NCBI RefSeq assembly: GCF_009914755.1
Contig: NC_060943.1
Length of the DNA stretch: 64,000 bases
Strand: one strand, 5' to 3'
DNA from: the human T2T-CHM13v2.0 reference genome, Homo sapiens
How positions within the stretch are numbered: position 1 is the first letter of the stretch; each line of letters starts with the position of its first letter. The position numbers and the translations under genes are program-made. This document shows, in pieces, positions 1-16,161 of this stretch. A model generated the notes under the pieces. That model did not search any database. It saw nothing but the letters and a program-made list of their open reading frames with translations, and had not been told where the DNA came from.

Positions 1-1311
1 TACATTTTTAAAACATTATACTGAGTGAAAGAAGCCTTACATACAAAAAACACATATTTCAATCCCAATTATACGAAGTTCTAGAAGAGACAAAAATTAA
101 TCTACAATGGGAAAATATCAGAATGGCAGTTGTTTCTGGATATAGAGTGGGAAATGACTAGGAAGGAGCATGAAGGAACTTTCTAGGGTGATGGTATTTT
201 TCTTCACTTTGACAGGATTTTGGTTTGCACAAGTATTTGAATCTGTCAAAATTCTTCAAATGGTAAATTTAAGATTACACAATTTTACTGTATGTACATT
301 TTACCTAAAAAGCTGTAACTAGATATTGAACTTTAGTTAGTGGTATGCATGCTAAAGTATTTAGGGGTAAAGTATACGATGTCTACAACTAACTTTGAAA
401 TACAACAAAAAATGGATCAATTCATCCTTATGGATGAATACAGGGCTGGATACAAGGCTAATTATTTGGTAAAGCAAATACAGCATGATATTCATTATAG
501 TACTTAGATAGCGAATGTATGGGTATTTTTGTACAATTCTTTTAATTTCTACATGTTTGGAAATTTTCATAAAATGGTGAAAATACAAAACTATCAACTT
601 ATAATTCTACATTCAGCAAAAATATCTTTCAAGAATTAGAAGTTTTTAGACAAATAAAGACAGAAGTTTTCAACAATAGATCCTCACTGAAGAAAACTGT
701 GATAGATGCACTTCAGGTAGAAGAAAAGTGATGCAAGAAGGAGAGGTAAGCAAAGAAAGCAGTAAACTGGTGTGTAATCAAACACTCAGCTCATAAAACA
801 TAATAATGTCTCCATATGTGTGTGTACATTATTTTGGTGCTTATGTTTACAATATAATTTAGCAGGATATACTTAAGTTATCAAAGTCTAAATAGTATTT
901 TTATTTCCTGCCAATGACATTGGCATACTTCAACACTAATCACTTCTACCAACTTAAAAGCTATTGCTGTGGTATTTTTAAAATATATATTAGTGTGTGT
1001 GTGTATATATATATATACACTTACACACACACATACATATAGATATATAACCAGATTATACCACAAAGATAGCATGTAGGTTGGTAGAAACAATGCTTGG
1101 TGCTAAAGTATTCTAACATCATTATTTTGCTGGGCAGGAAAAATGTTTTGTTCACACATTGATAACTTAAGTATGTCCTGTTAAATATTTTGCAAAAGTA
1201 CTAAAATAATATAAATAGAATGCATATTACCCCAAAGAGTAGCAGAAAAGGTTGGGGAGGGGGAACCAAACTGAAGAAAGAATAAAGGAAAGAAATGAAA
1301 CATTAAAGTTA

Positions 1312-1795
<484 letters not shown>

Positions 1796-2416
1796 CTAAT
1801 CAAATGAAAGCTAGTGTTGTGATATTAGTGTCAGATAAAACAGACTAGAGCATTATTATAAAGTGATCACTAACTGCATCATGATGAAATGTTCAATTTT
1901 CCATGAAGATATAAAAATTGCAAGCTTAAGTTACTAAAAATACACACTATAAACCAAAAATTAATGAAACTACAAGGAAAAATAACCTTACAGATATGGC
2001 GAGATATTGTACATAGTTCTTTTAGTAAATGATAGATAAAAGAGATACAATCAGTAAGATTATAGATTTCAACAAAAATTACAACTTTATTTAATGGCTA
2101 TGTATTTTTAAAACAGTTACTATTATACACAATAGCTGCAAAAGACAAATTCTCATCAAAGACACACTGAATATTTAGAAAACTTAGACACGTATTAGCC
2201 TATCGGGCAAATCTCGAAAACTTTCAAAGGACTAGTTTTATATACCGTACTTTCACTGCCCACAAAAGTAGCTATGTTTGATATATGTCATCAAAGGAAA
2301 ATTAGAAAGACCTATATAGTTAAGAAATATAATTCTAAATTATTTATGGTTAAAAGAAATCATAGTAGAAATTTAAAAGTATTTAAAACTGAATGATGAG
2401 ATTACTACTTAATATA

Positions 2417-2768
2417 CTGATGCTCCTGGACTCAATGGGGTTATGCCCTAATAAACCCATCACAAGTTGAAAATATCATTAAGTCAAAAATGCTTTTACC
2501 TAACCTACCAAGCATGACAGCTTAGCATAACCTACTTTAAACATGATCAGAACACTTATATTACCTACCAGTTAGATGAAATCATCTAACACAAACCCTA
2601 TTTTATAATTAAGTGCTGAATGTCTTAATTTATTGAATACTGAACTAAAAGTGAAAAACAGTATTGTCGTATGGATATTTGAAATACGTTTCTACTGAAT
2701 CCATATGGCTTTTACACCATCATAAAGTTAAAAAAATCATAGAACCATTGTAAGTTGGAGACTGACTG
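2417..2768. mobile_element. TcMar-Tigger MITE (MER47A-like)
   Basis: Begins CTGATGCTCCTGGACT, ends GGAGACTGACTG, TA on both sides, ~350 bp. Confidence 0.75.
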
Positions 2769-3885
2769 TATATAAAATTCTGTAGGATGCAGCTAAAGTT
2801 GGACCTCGAGGAAAAGTTATAACCTTACCAGTTTATATTAGAAGTGTAAAAATTGATAATATCTAGCATCCAGCTTAAAAATGTGAGAAAACAATGGCAG
2901 AATAAATCCAAGGAAAGTGAAAGCAAGGAAATAATAAAGACCAAAACAATACAAGAAATAGAAAAATAGTTATATTATGGAGAGGATTAATAAAGTCTCA
3001 AATAGATTTTTGTGTTATATCCCAAAAATTATTATAAAACTGCTACAGCATGGAAATAGCACAGGGAACAAATTGACCAATATAATTGAATAATGAATTC
3101 CCAACATATGTGACACATACATATGTGTTGTATGTCCCATACACATATAATAATCCAATTTATGACTACTGATAAGTGAAAAAGATGGTCTTTGCATATT
3201 CTGGGACAACTGGTATATGCACACATACATAACACAGAAATTGTATCTCTCCTTTAACTTACTACAGAGATGAATTCTAAGAGATTTTATAAAAAAAATT
3301 GTGAAAGGCAAAACTATAAACCTTTAAGAAGATAATATATGAAGCTAAATTTATGACTTTGATATAGAGAAGGATTTCTTAAAATGCAAGAAAGTACAAG
3401 CCATAGAGAAAAAAATTCATAAATCTGACATTAAAACAGAGAATTTCTATTTGTTAAAAGATCCCTATTGTAAACAAAGACAAGCTATAAACTGGGATAT
3501 TTTCAACACATATAGTTGATACAGAATAAACATCCAAAATATTTTTACAAAGTCCTATAATAATAAAAAGACAACCCAAAGAAATTGAGCAAAGGGTTTC
3601 AGTAGGCATTTCACAGAAGAGGAAGGGCCAATAAACAAGTCTTTAAAATCTTAACCTTATTAGTAAGCAGAGAAATGCAAATTAAAACCAAAATGAGATT
3701 CTACTGCATATACATCTACCAGAATCACCTGAACTTAAAATTCTGAGCATTTCAAATGTTAGTAAAGAGTATACATTGGAAAATCCCCTTTGGAAAATAT
3801 TGCATATTGCCTAGTAAAGTTGAGAATATTTGCATGGTATATGTACTCTGTGTTCAGTAATATATTCTTCATATATATCCTAGAA

Positions 3886-4093
3886 CAGGGCTTAGCAAAC
3901 TATGGCCCACAGGCTAGATCCTGCCTTGGCATAAAGTTTCACTAGAACACACTCGTTCTTTTACATATTGTCTATGGCTGTGATTTCATGATACAATGGC
4001 AGAGTTGAGTAGTTGTGACAGAAACTGTATGGCCCGCAAAGCCTAAAATATTTCCTATATGTCCCTTTGCACAAGAAAGTTTGATGACCCTTG
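3886..4093. mobile_element. hAT-Charlie MITE (MER58A-like)
   Basis: CAGGG...CCCTTG termini; 8-bp TSD TCCTAGAA/CCCTAGAA. Confidence 0.8.
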
Positions 4094-4499
4094 CCCTAGA
4101 ACAGCCTCTGCATGTCCATCAGTAAACATGTACAAGAATGTTCGTAATAGAACTATAAATTCAAACTTTGAAGCAACTCACATTTCTATCAACTGAGAAT
4201 GGATTTTAAAAACTGTAATATAGTCAAGCAATGGAATACTGTACCATAAAAATGAATGGATTATAGCTACACTACTTAATCTCAGGAACATAATGTTGAC
4301 AAAAAAGCGAGTCACAGAATGATATATGAAATAGTTATATAAAACTCAAAAACATCCATAAACAACATAGTTTTGGAGTAAGTAGCTGAAACTATAAAGA
4401 AAAGCAAGAGAATTATAAACATAAATCTCAGGATAATTGTTATGTCTGAAGGAAAAGGGGATAGAAATGGGAATAGATGTCTAGGAGTCTTCAAAGTTA

Positions 4500-4826
<327 letters not shown>

Positions 4827-6066
4827 TTAAAAAAGGTAGTTGGTACACAGGTTTTTGCTGTATTGAGAATTAAAAAAATACATATACTTCATAAATATTA
4901 TTTTGTATCTACTCTATATTTAATAGAAACTATCTTTGAAACATACGAATTTAATTAAAAGACAGGGTGAAGGTTAAATTCTTTTGGTAGGTCATAATAA
5001 AGTAGACTCAATTTCCTCCAATGGACTGGAGCCTCTAAGGCAAATACTCGAATAACATTGTAAAATATGATTTCTGTTGACTGAAAAACTGGGCTTGAAA
5101 AACCAACGGTTTCATTCTACCTGATTCTTCCTCCCTCACCAAGACTCTTTCATTTCTTTTTTAACCATATCTTTCTTTCCCATTATCTGATAAGGAAATT
5201 ATAATGGGCTTAAAAACTTAGAAACCATCTTGCATATCGTAAAAGATAAGAAATTGGTCAGACTCTGGCTGTGGAATTAAGACCCATTTCCATGGTTGTC
5301 AGGGAAGCAAGGTCATCCTAGGAAGGGCTAAAGAAAGCTACAATCAGAGTTGCCTCCACACGATTCTGCAAAGCTCTAATTATTTTCTGAGAACAAGGGA
5401 CAAAAATTCAGGCAAGCACACAGAATCCACAGGATTCACAAAGGAAGAAGATACTCCAGATTGTAAATTTTAATTTGGGGGAGAAGATGTCCTTCCCTAG
5501 CCAGATAGATTCTTCTAGTTTCCAATATAAAATCTGTAAATAATCTCTCTGAATTCAGTTATCTCTACTCCTTTTAGGAAAAGTCTTGAAGGTCACTGGC
5601 CACTGCAATGAAAAATTGTTAATCACACAAAGCCAGGGTCAAGATTCATGACATAGATGGCCATTGTGAATGAGGAACTATTCATATATATTTCAGGATT
5701 CTCAATCCAACAACAGTAGAATGGTTAAAAAGGATTATGATGATCAATAGACACTATGTAATCTTTAATATGTTCCAATTAAAATACATCATATTAACAA
5801 ATTTTAATTTTGTAATATTCAAAATGTTTTCTGTCATTATTTCAAAATACTAATGATGTCTTTTTAAATATTATGAACATTTAAAAGGTATATGCATTTT
5901 ATTGCAATATTTTGTTTTAAAACATGAAAAAAACAGATTACAAAATAGTATGTAGTAAGTGATGTTTTTGATATGACTGTACAAATATTTAATGGCATTT
6001 GAAAAGATATGTGTTTATCTTTTGATTGTGATACCACTGGTGGTTTTAAAAGTTTTCTTTTCCTAG

Positions 6067-6224
6067 GGCTGGCCAGGGTGGCTCATGCTTATAATCCCAG
6101 TACTTTGGGAGGCTGAGGGAGGTTGACTTGACCCTAGGAGTTCAAGGTTACCATGAGCCATGATTACACCACTGCACTCCAGCCTGGGTGACAGAGCGAG
6201 ACCCCATCTCTTTAAAAAAGAAAA
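6067..6224 (+). mobile_element. Alu monomer (FLAM/FRAM or AluJ fragment)
   Basis: Single ~150-bp Alu arm with A tail. Confidence 0.8.
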
Positions 6225-6460
6225 ATGTCACTGACATAATACTGCGTAAAATTTTAAGATTCATTTTGTTAATTTAAAATTTATAATCCTAAGTTTATTG
6301 GATGCATAACATTCTGCTCCCTGTGTACTATAAATTACTTAACTATTTCTTTGTTGAGAATATACATTGAAAAGATCATCTCAAAAATTCTCCTCACAAA
6401 GTGGCTAATTCCAAGTCTGGGACAGGGAATGCACAATATAAGTACGAAATATCTGTGCCA

Positions 6461-6805
6461 GGTTGGGCGTGGTGGTTCACACCTGTAATCCCAACACTTT
6501 GGGAGGCCTAGGCGGGTGGATCACTTGAGATCAGGAGTTTGAGGCCAGCCTGGCCAACATGGTGAAACCCTGTCTCTACTAAAAATATAAAAAAATTAGC
6601 CGGGCATGGTGACAGGTGCCTCTAATCCCAGCTACTTGGGAGGCTGAGACAGGAGAACTGCCTGACCCGGGAGGTGGAGGTTGCAGTGAGCCGAGCCGAG
6701 ATCATGCCACTGTACTGCAGTCTTGGCGATAGAGCGAGACTCTGCCTGAAAAAAGAAAAAAAAAAAAAAAGAAAAGAAAAGAAAGAAAGAAAAAGGAAAA
6801 AAAAG
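6461..6805 (+). mobile_element. Alu (AluS)
   Basis: Dimeric Alu with long A/GAAA tail, inside an old L1M 3' end (~6400-7940). Confidence 0.9.
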
Positions 6806-8464
6806 AAATACCTGTGTCAAAAAGTAAGGAAGTGCTCAAAGACAAATGGGGACACGGGCACCAGCGTCAGGGGTTCTTACAGGCCAATTTGGAACAATTT
6901 GAGCAACACAGAGGATGATAACAGGCTAAAGTACTTTGGACAAAAAATAAAAATCCATGAGCCATAGTGATATTCAAAAGAGAAAAAATAAAGAGGTATA
7001 GAGGGAAAGGGTGGAAAGGCAAAGCTCTTTTATATACAAGAAGGAATGGTAAAATTAAAAATCACCATTTTGCAACTCCTAACTTAATAACTGATTTAGA
7101 CAAGAATCATTAATGATTATTAAAACCATCAGGTAAAAGGCTATTTGGGAAATGGTTTCAAAATATCCCCATCAGATTACTTCTTAGCCTCAAAGAAAAA
7201 AAGGTATTTTTTTACCATGAAGAAATCAGGTGCACATCTCCTTGAACCAAAGTAATAAAATTTAGTATCATTGGTAATGGATCAAACTGAAATTATGTGT
7301 CACTTAATATGATGCAATAGGAAGAACACACCAGCATTCATAGTTTTCTTGCCAAATATATTTAAACTTAACCTAATTATGACAGAGCAATCAAACAAAT
7401 CCAGAATGTTAGGCATTCTACAAGACAAATATTCTGGACCCTTCAACTCTTAAAAAATGTCATGAAATACAAAAACAGGCTGGGGGAATGCTGTTCTAGA
7501 TTAAAGAAATTAAAAAGATAGGCCCACCTACTGTAATGTGTGACCTTAATTGGGACCAGGATGGATATTTTAAATACACATATCAGACATTTGGGAAACA
7601 CTAGGGCAATTTAAATGTGGACTATATATTAGATAATATTATGAATCATTGTTAAAATTTATATGTATATTCATGATATCGAGGTTATGCAGGAGAACAA
7701 CCTTGTTCTTCGAGATGCGTGCTGAAATCCTCAATGGTGAAATATATAATATCTGCAGCTTACCCATAAATGGTGAACAAAAAATAAACAAAAATATGTA
7801 AATACATGCAGACAGAGATTAAGCAAATGGTCCAAAATGTTAAAAACTGGTGAATCTAAGTAAAGGATACACAGTGCAAATCATTATTCTTTTAATTTTC
7901 CTGTAGCTTTAACATTTTTCAAAATAAACACTTAGGGAAAAGTAATTATATCAGAGTGCCTCAGATACTTTTTTGGGATTGCTGATTAAATGCTAGACTC
8001 ATACGTACTGGCATAAACCTAATCTGTTGGAAGAAGTTCAAAATCATTTGCCAACATCAACAAAGACTCTCAAAGAAAATAATCCAGTGCCAGGAAAGAG
8101 AACATACTTACCAATGCTGTCCAGGGTCAGACACTATAACGGAGCTGAATCCAGTAACTGGGCTGAAGAGATAACTAATCCTTAAAGGTCAGCAAGGTCA
8201 AAATGGGTTATAAGGACATAAATATGAAACTGGCATTTCATAAACAAACAAGACACCTCAGGCCTATGAAAACTTGTTGCCTTACTATTCCCTTCTCTCT
8301 GCAGTCTTCCTAAGGTGTAAGTTTTTCTGGATTTTGTCTGCTTCCACAGTTTAGGTTCCTTGGCTCACTTCCTTGCTCCAAAACCAACGTCTCTATTGAC
8401 TTTTATATTTTAAAATTAAATTTTAAATATATGAGTGATGCTACCTTGCTAAAAGAGAGAGAGA

Positions 8465-8855
<391 letters not shown>

Positions 8856-9366
8856 CTAAATCCTCTCTTCTCTCCCTAAAGGTTACCATTAGCAGGAGTT
8901 TTGTGTGTATCCCTCTATAAAATATATACTATTTTTATACTAATTATATCACATAGTATTCTAACAAATCCTTCTCAGTTCCTGCAGTCTACGTTTCTGA
9001 TGGTCTTAACCTTTTTAGCTTAAAGTACCTCTTTGTGAATCTGAAAAGCTGCCTATACTTTTTTTAAAAAAATCACATATCAACACATATAAAATGTCAT
9101 AAGTTTAATATACAAGAAGCCCATCCACATGGAATCTATTCATCTCAGGTGAACAACTGTTTTTTACTTTTAAGTGATAGCTTCCTTTTTCTTGCAAGCA
9201 CTCATCGTAACTATTCAAAAGCCAAAAGTAGTGACCCAGAATCACACAGATGCGGCTCAAGATCAATGCATGCTGTTCAATTTGAAACCAGAATGTGTCT
9301 GTCACCTCCTAAAAAAAAAAACAAAACCCAGTATATATCTCCCATATATAATTGGACATAATTCTT

Positions 9367-9849
9367 TTTTATTTTTATTTTTATTTATTTATTATACTTT
9401 AAGTTCTAGGGTACATGTGCACAACGTGCAGGTTTGTTACATATGTATACATGTGCCATGTTGGTGTGCTGCACCTGTTAACTCATCATTTACATTAGAT
9501 ATATCTCCTAATGCTACCCCTCCCCCTACCCCCACTCCCTGACAGGCCCCAGTGTGTGATGTTCCTTACCCTGTGTCCAAGTGTTCTCATTGTTCAATTC
9601 CCACCTATGAGTGAGAACATGTGGTGTTTGGTTTTCTGTCCTTGCGATAGTTTGCTAAGAATGATGGTTTCCAGCTTTATCCATGTCCCTATAAAGGACA
9701 TGAACTCATCCTTTTTTATGGCTGCATAGTATTCCATGATGTATATGTGCCACATTTTCTTAATCCAGTCTATCATTGATGGACATTTGGGTTGGTTCCA
9801 AGTCTTTGCTATCGTGAATAGTGCCGCAATAAACATACGTGTGCATGTG
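9367..9849 (-). mobile_element. 5'-truncated L1PA (3' end, ~480 bp)
   Basis: L1 3'UTR and ORF2 tail; perfect 17-bp TSD AATTGGACATAATTCTT at 9350-9366 and 9850-9866. Confidence 0.95.
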
Positions 9850-11334
9850 AATTGGACATAATTCTTGCCTGACTTTGACCCACTCTAACTCAGTGCAATT
9901 TAATTATCTATATTTCACATAGCTATGCCTGATCACACACACAGGTTCATTCCCTCAAGAATTCTGATCACCAAATTTGCTATTCCAGTCACATTACCGG
10001 TAAGAGATCAATGTATTTGATATATGGTCTTGCAAGACCAAGTTTTATTAATTTTTTTCCCTCTGAAGGAGTGGTGAAATTATACTCTATCTTCTCTGTG
10101 CTGGAAGTTCACAAGTTTTTGATTATTCAAAAATCATAAAAGGCCAAGAGGTCTTGAAGTAAGTAAAAATAAGTTCAGGTTTACCAACAAACTCTACAGC
10201 CTTAAGTTACTTTCTGCCGGCCAAGGTTTTCTCATCAGAAAATGAGGACAAGTGTTTGACCTAGAATTTGGGAAATCTGACTAGTGCTGTACTGTGCTAA
10301 AATTCACTCTTCTTATGTATAACGTTGTTTTATTATTTTATTAGTTGATGGCCTCTCAACCGTACCCAGTAATAAGAGAAACTTTACCCTCTAATTAGAA
10401 AATAATGGATATCTACTTTTGGCCTGCTGTGGCAGAGGAAAAGGCAGTTACCCTAGGACTGGTTTTGAAATAATCTTTCTAAAAACAAAGAAAAAACTAC
10501 GTTAATTTTGGATTCTTCCCGATAACACATATATTTGATCCAATAGAAAAATGATGTCTAAATTACTTGTCAGATAAATTGATTATCTTTTCCAGATTAT
10601 TACATTACTATTTAAGGAAGAAATAACTTGGCCATAGTATTTTCACTGTCACACACGATCACACACAGCTCATTTGCTCTTGGCACCCTTACAGACACTG
10701 AAATACAAGCACAAAGAAAGCACGTTTATATAACACAGATCACCAGTTACTCAATTACGGCCACACACAAAAAAGCAGATATACATACAGATACCCTTCA
10801 TAAGCAAACCACAATAGAGATCTGTGTAAAATCGTCTTACTCTGTTAGACGATTCTACACAGTTATAAAATCCCATTACTACGCAGCTTAAAGTACAAAT
10901 CACCTCACACCCCACAGCAGGAAGAATCACACACAGGCAGAAACACAACCATACACACCCGGCCACGGAAAGACTCTCAGTCCACCTGGCATCTCCCATT
11001 GTCACACACACCCCAAGGGCCTGGGAGGGCACACACAGGGTCCTCTGCAAATCCGAGGTTCCGGCGGGTCCCCGCACCGGCCCCAGCTCCTCCCCCGCAC
11101 CTGCCTGGCCGGCGGGTCCCACCCTCTCTCCTGCCAGGGGTAGACCCTGGGACCACTCAGCTCGCTCTCGCAGGCCCTGAGCGTCTGACGCCTGCGCACT
11201 GAGCGCGGGCGGGCGGGCACTCCCAGAAACCTCCGGGGCGCTGCAGGCGGGACAAGCAGGTTCCACAGGCCGAGCCCACGAGCCCCTCGAGGGGTGAGCG
11301 GCCCGGGCCTCCTGGCGTTCTGGCCGGCTAGCCA

Positions 11335-11425
11335 AGCGCTGGACTACATTTCCCAGAGGCACGGCGTCCGGAGCGCTGGACTACATTTCCCAGAGGCACC
11401 GCTCCCGGAGCGTAGCTTCATTTCC
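11335..11425 (+). promoter_or_regulatory. Tandem 37-bp-period repeat carrying two ZNF143/THAP11-type ACTACAnnTCCCA motifs
   Basis: AGCGCTGGACTACATTTCCCAGAGGCAC occurs identically at 11335-11362 and 11372-11399; degenerate third start at 11409-11425. Confidence 0.8.
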
Positions 11426-11429
11426 GTTA

Positions 11430-11573
11430 GTTTGCGAGATTTGGAGGCCTCGCGTGGGGAGAGGGCCGCGTCTGTGGAGGAGCTTGGCTCCGCACCTGCT
11501 GGGCTGGCGAACCCGAAATTGGGCTTGGAACCCGGGAGCCAGATCTTGGACCCTGAACTGCACCTCTGTCAAG
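11430..11573 (+). other. ZNF420: ZNF420 non-coding exon 1 (5' end approximate)
   Basis: Lies just downstream of the promoter motifs; donor AAG|GTAGGA at 11573/11574, followed by a TG-rich first intron. Confidence 0.7.
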
Positions 11574-12740
11574 GTAGGAGTGTCCGGGATGCCGGAGCGG
11601 ACACGCGCGGAGAAAGCGTCGCTGGGGTTACTCGTGTGGCCGTGTCTCCGGTTTTGTGTGCAGGCTACAGCCTGCCTGGTATTGGCGACTGCCTGTGCAT
11701 ACACGACTGGACGTGTGTGGCTGTGGTTTTGTGTATGAGCATTTGTATGAGTGTGAGTTGTGACTCTGAGGGTGTTTGTGACTGTTTGCTTACCTGGCTG
11801 GGATATACTTATGTGACTGTGATTTTATGTGTGCCGCGTGTATAATTGGGGTTTGCCTGTGACTATGAAGTGTGTGACAGTTGTGACAAGAGTGTTTGGA
11901 TGTTCTTGTGTCACTTTGAGGTTGTGTGTAAACCTGATATCGTGGGATGGATTTGCCAGTAAATTTAAGGTGTGTGACAGTGTTGCTGTGACACGGTGTT
12001 TATTACCGCGTGTTTCCCTGATTTCGTACTGGGTTGGGTGACTGTCTGATTGTGTGTGACTGTGGGGTTGTGTGTGCTGTTTTCATGACTGTGTAAAGAG
12101 ACTAAAATTGCAGCTTTGAAAGGGTGTTTTTGGCGGTATGTGTCTCTGACAAGGTGCTTGGATGTAATTATATGCCTTGTACTTAATGGGATTTTGTTTG
12201 AGACAAGGTGGTCTAACAATGTAGCATAATTGGGTGATTGTGCCTCTAGCTGTGTAACTGTGGAAATGTGATTATGTGTGACTTTATGTGGCCATTTGTA
12301 TATTCTGTGACCTTATGGGGGTTTAGTCCAGTACAGAAGTAAATTTCTTTTTGGTATTTCTGGGGTTCATTTGGGGCTGAGGTCTGCCTATGGATTGTGA
12401 GTCCCATGTGGCTCTGTGCTCCTCCCATGTGGCTCTGAGGACTTAAGGACTTTTTGATTTGACCACAGTGGCTGCCCTTTCATCCATGGCCTGTATTGCT
12501 TCATTTCTGTATCCATCCTCGGTTCACCTTGGGAAATGTAGTTACTTACGAGTTCACGACTTCTTCCCTGCGTCCTCTTGCCTTATAGCCTTAAGGGGAT
12601 TGGGTGCAGGGAAGTGGCAAGAAGTAAGGAAGTCAGACATTTGGACACCTGAGTGATGAATAGGAGTTATTTGCAAGTTACAGACCTGGTCTTAGGATGA
12701 GAATTTTAGGGCTGATAATACCTTCAAGACAGCCACTGGA

Positions 12741-13015
<275 letters not shown>

Positions 13016-13342
13016 GGCCACTGGAAATATAATGGGACTCCAGGAGTGGGAATAGTTTCAGAGGGAGTGCTTTAGGAGACAGCCACCCAGTTCTGAACCT
13101 GAAGCACCCCACTGCAGGACTGTCTCCAGTGTACAGCTTTGAATACAGAAATAAATTCAAGCCCAAGACAGCTGTGACCTGGCCCTTCTTTCTGATACAG
13201 AAGGTAGAAGACTTATTCTAGTCTCCTCCTGACTTTTCTTTATGTTAAATGAGATTAAGAGGATGGAGGAAGAGGGTATGTTATAATTTAGCATATTCCC
13301 CAAGAAAGGCCTAATATCTCATTCCATTTTTCTTTTTCTGAG

Positions 13343-13391
13343 AGTAGAGCCCAGAGGAGAAAGAATGGCTGTTTCAGTAGCAATGTCCAAG
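13343..13391 (+). other. ZNF420: Probable ZNF420 5' exon 2 (contains upstream ATGs)
   Basis: Polypyrimidine tract TTTTTCTTTTTCTGAG (alternative AG at 13346-13347) and consensus donor AAG|GTGAGT at 13391/13392. Confidence 0.6.
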
Positions 13392-13777
13392 GTGAGTATT
13401 TCCTCTTTGTTTCCTGAAATACCTTTGTTATTACAGGACATAGACATTTTTGTTTTCTTTTTGAAATTTCTTGCCTTCTCAAATGATAGAGGGGCAAGGC
13501 AATTTTTGGTAGATTGAGAGCAAAGAAAATGTGCCATTAATCGGGATAGATGCTTCCCCAATAGTGGTTAAATTTACGAAGAATGGATTTGAGACTCATG
13601 GATTTAAAAAGGGGAAGAGAGAAATAGCTCTATTGTGTTATTTAAAAAGGGAAAGAGCTCTATTGTGTTATTTCTGATACAGCACCATTTTGATTTTTTA
13701 ACTTTTTTTAGCTTGTTATGGAAAGTTTCAAATGTACACAAAAGTATAATGAATATGCCTAGCTTAAAAACGATCAC

Positions 13778-14103
<326 letters not shown>

Positions 14104-14452
14104 TTATTCTACCTTCAGTTCAAAATCCTTTCTAATTTGCCCCTTTGATTTCTTGACTTATAGGTTATTTTGATGTGTCATGTTTTCAAATATTTTGAGG
14201 ATCTTCCAGAGATCTTTTGTTACTGATTTCTAATTTCATTACATTGTGTTCACAGAATATACTTCATATGATTTTAATCCTTTTAAATTTATTAAGATTT
14301 GTTTTATGACCCAGAATTTGATGCATCTTAGTAAATGTTCCATGTGCACTTGAAAAGACTATATTCTGTGGTTGTTGGGTGGAGTGTTCTATAAATGTCA
14401 ACTAGGTCAGGTAGGTTGATAGTATTTTTTAAATCTTCCATATCTTTACTGA

Positions 14453-14878
<426 letters not shown>

Positions 14879-15039
14879 TAGGTATAGAAAGGTTTTAGAT
14901 TTTTACATCCTACTGGTGAATTGACCCCTTTATCATTAGGAAATGGTCTTCCTTGTCCCTCATAATATTCTTTGCTCCAAACATCTACTTTGCTTGATAT
15001 TTAATGTAGCCATTCCAGCTTTCTTTTCATTAATATTAG

Positions 15040-15469
<430 letters not shown>

Positions 15470-15991
15470 AGCAATCTCTATCTTTTAATTGGAGTATTTA
15501 GTCCATTTATATTTAGTGTGATTATTGATATGGTTTGGTTCAAATCCATCATTTTGCCATTTGTTTTATATTTATCCCATCTGTTCTTTATTTCCTGTTC
15601 TCCCTTTTCTGCCTTCTTTTGGATTGAGACAGAGTTTCAAAATAACAATACCAATATTTTAACCAACCATATGAATATAGAAAAACAACATAAAGTCCTG
15701 TTGGAGTTTGACAGGATATAGCCCACTAGGGATCTATAATCAAATTACTGTGTTTAAAAGTCGTCTACAATAACACTTCTCGTATGGTTAAGCTGCCAGC
15801 TGGAAATGCAGTTATGCTCATTTGTTTTATATTGCTTTTCATGTTTAGGGATTGCTTTTCTCCCACTATGATTTAATTTTGTTTTAAAATTACATAACAT
15901 ATATCTAAAATCAAAAGTACAGAATAAGATGAATTTGAAGAAGTCTAGTGTCCATTTCTGTCCCCTCTACCTGCTCCTTTCTTCCCTCTAT

Positions 15992-16161
15992 AGTAGCTGG
16001 GGCTACAGGCACGCGCCACCATGCCCAGCTAATTTTTTGTATTTTAGTAGAGACGGTTTCACCATGTTGGCCAGGATGGTCTCGATCTCCTGACCTTGTG
16101 ATCCGCCCACCTCTGCCTCCCAAAGTGCTGGGATTACAGGCGTGAGCCACCATGCCTGGCC
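15992..16161 (-). mobile_element. Partial Alu
   Basis: Left arm and linker only. Confidence 0.85.

Larger units (their letters stand above)
10950..11710. promoter_or_regulatory. CpG-island promoter of ZNF420 (probably bidirectional)
   Basis: Abrupt switch to GC/CpG-rich sequence in an AT-rich background; contains exon 1 and tandem ZNF143-type motifs; boundaries approximate. Confidence 0.9.

Noticed and set aside
5140-5186. Minus-strand MGKKDMVKKEMKESW as a KRAB-B remnant
   Set aside because: Similarity to GKEPWMV.. is too weak to call, and I found no adjacent KRAB-A; kept only as a possible exon of the divergent transcript
10751-11845. 203-aa (-) and 183-aa (+) ORFs over the promoter
   Set aside because: Stop-poor GC/TG-rich sequence with no recognisable domain; they run across the exon-1 donor
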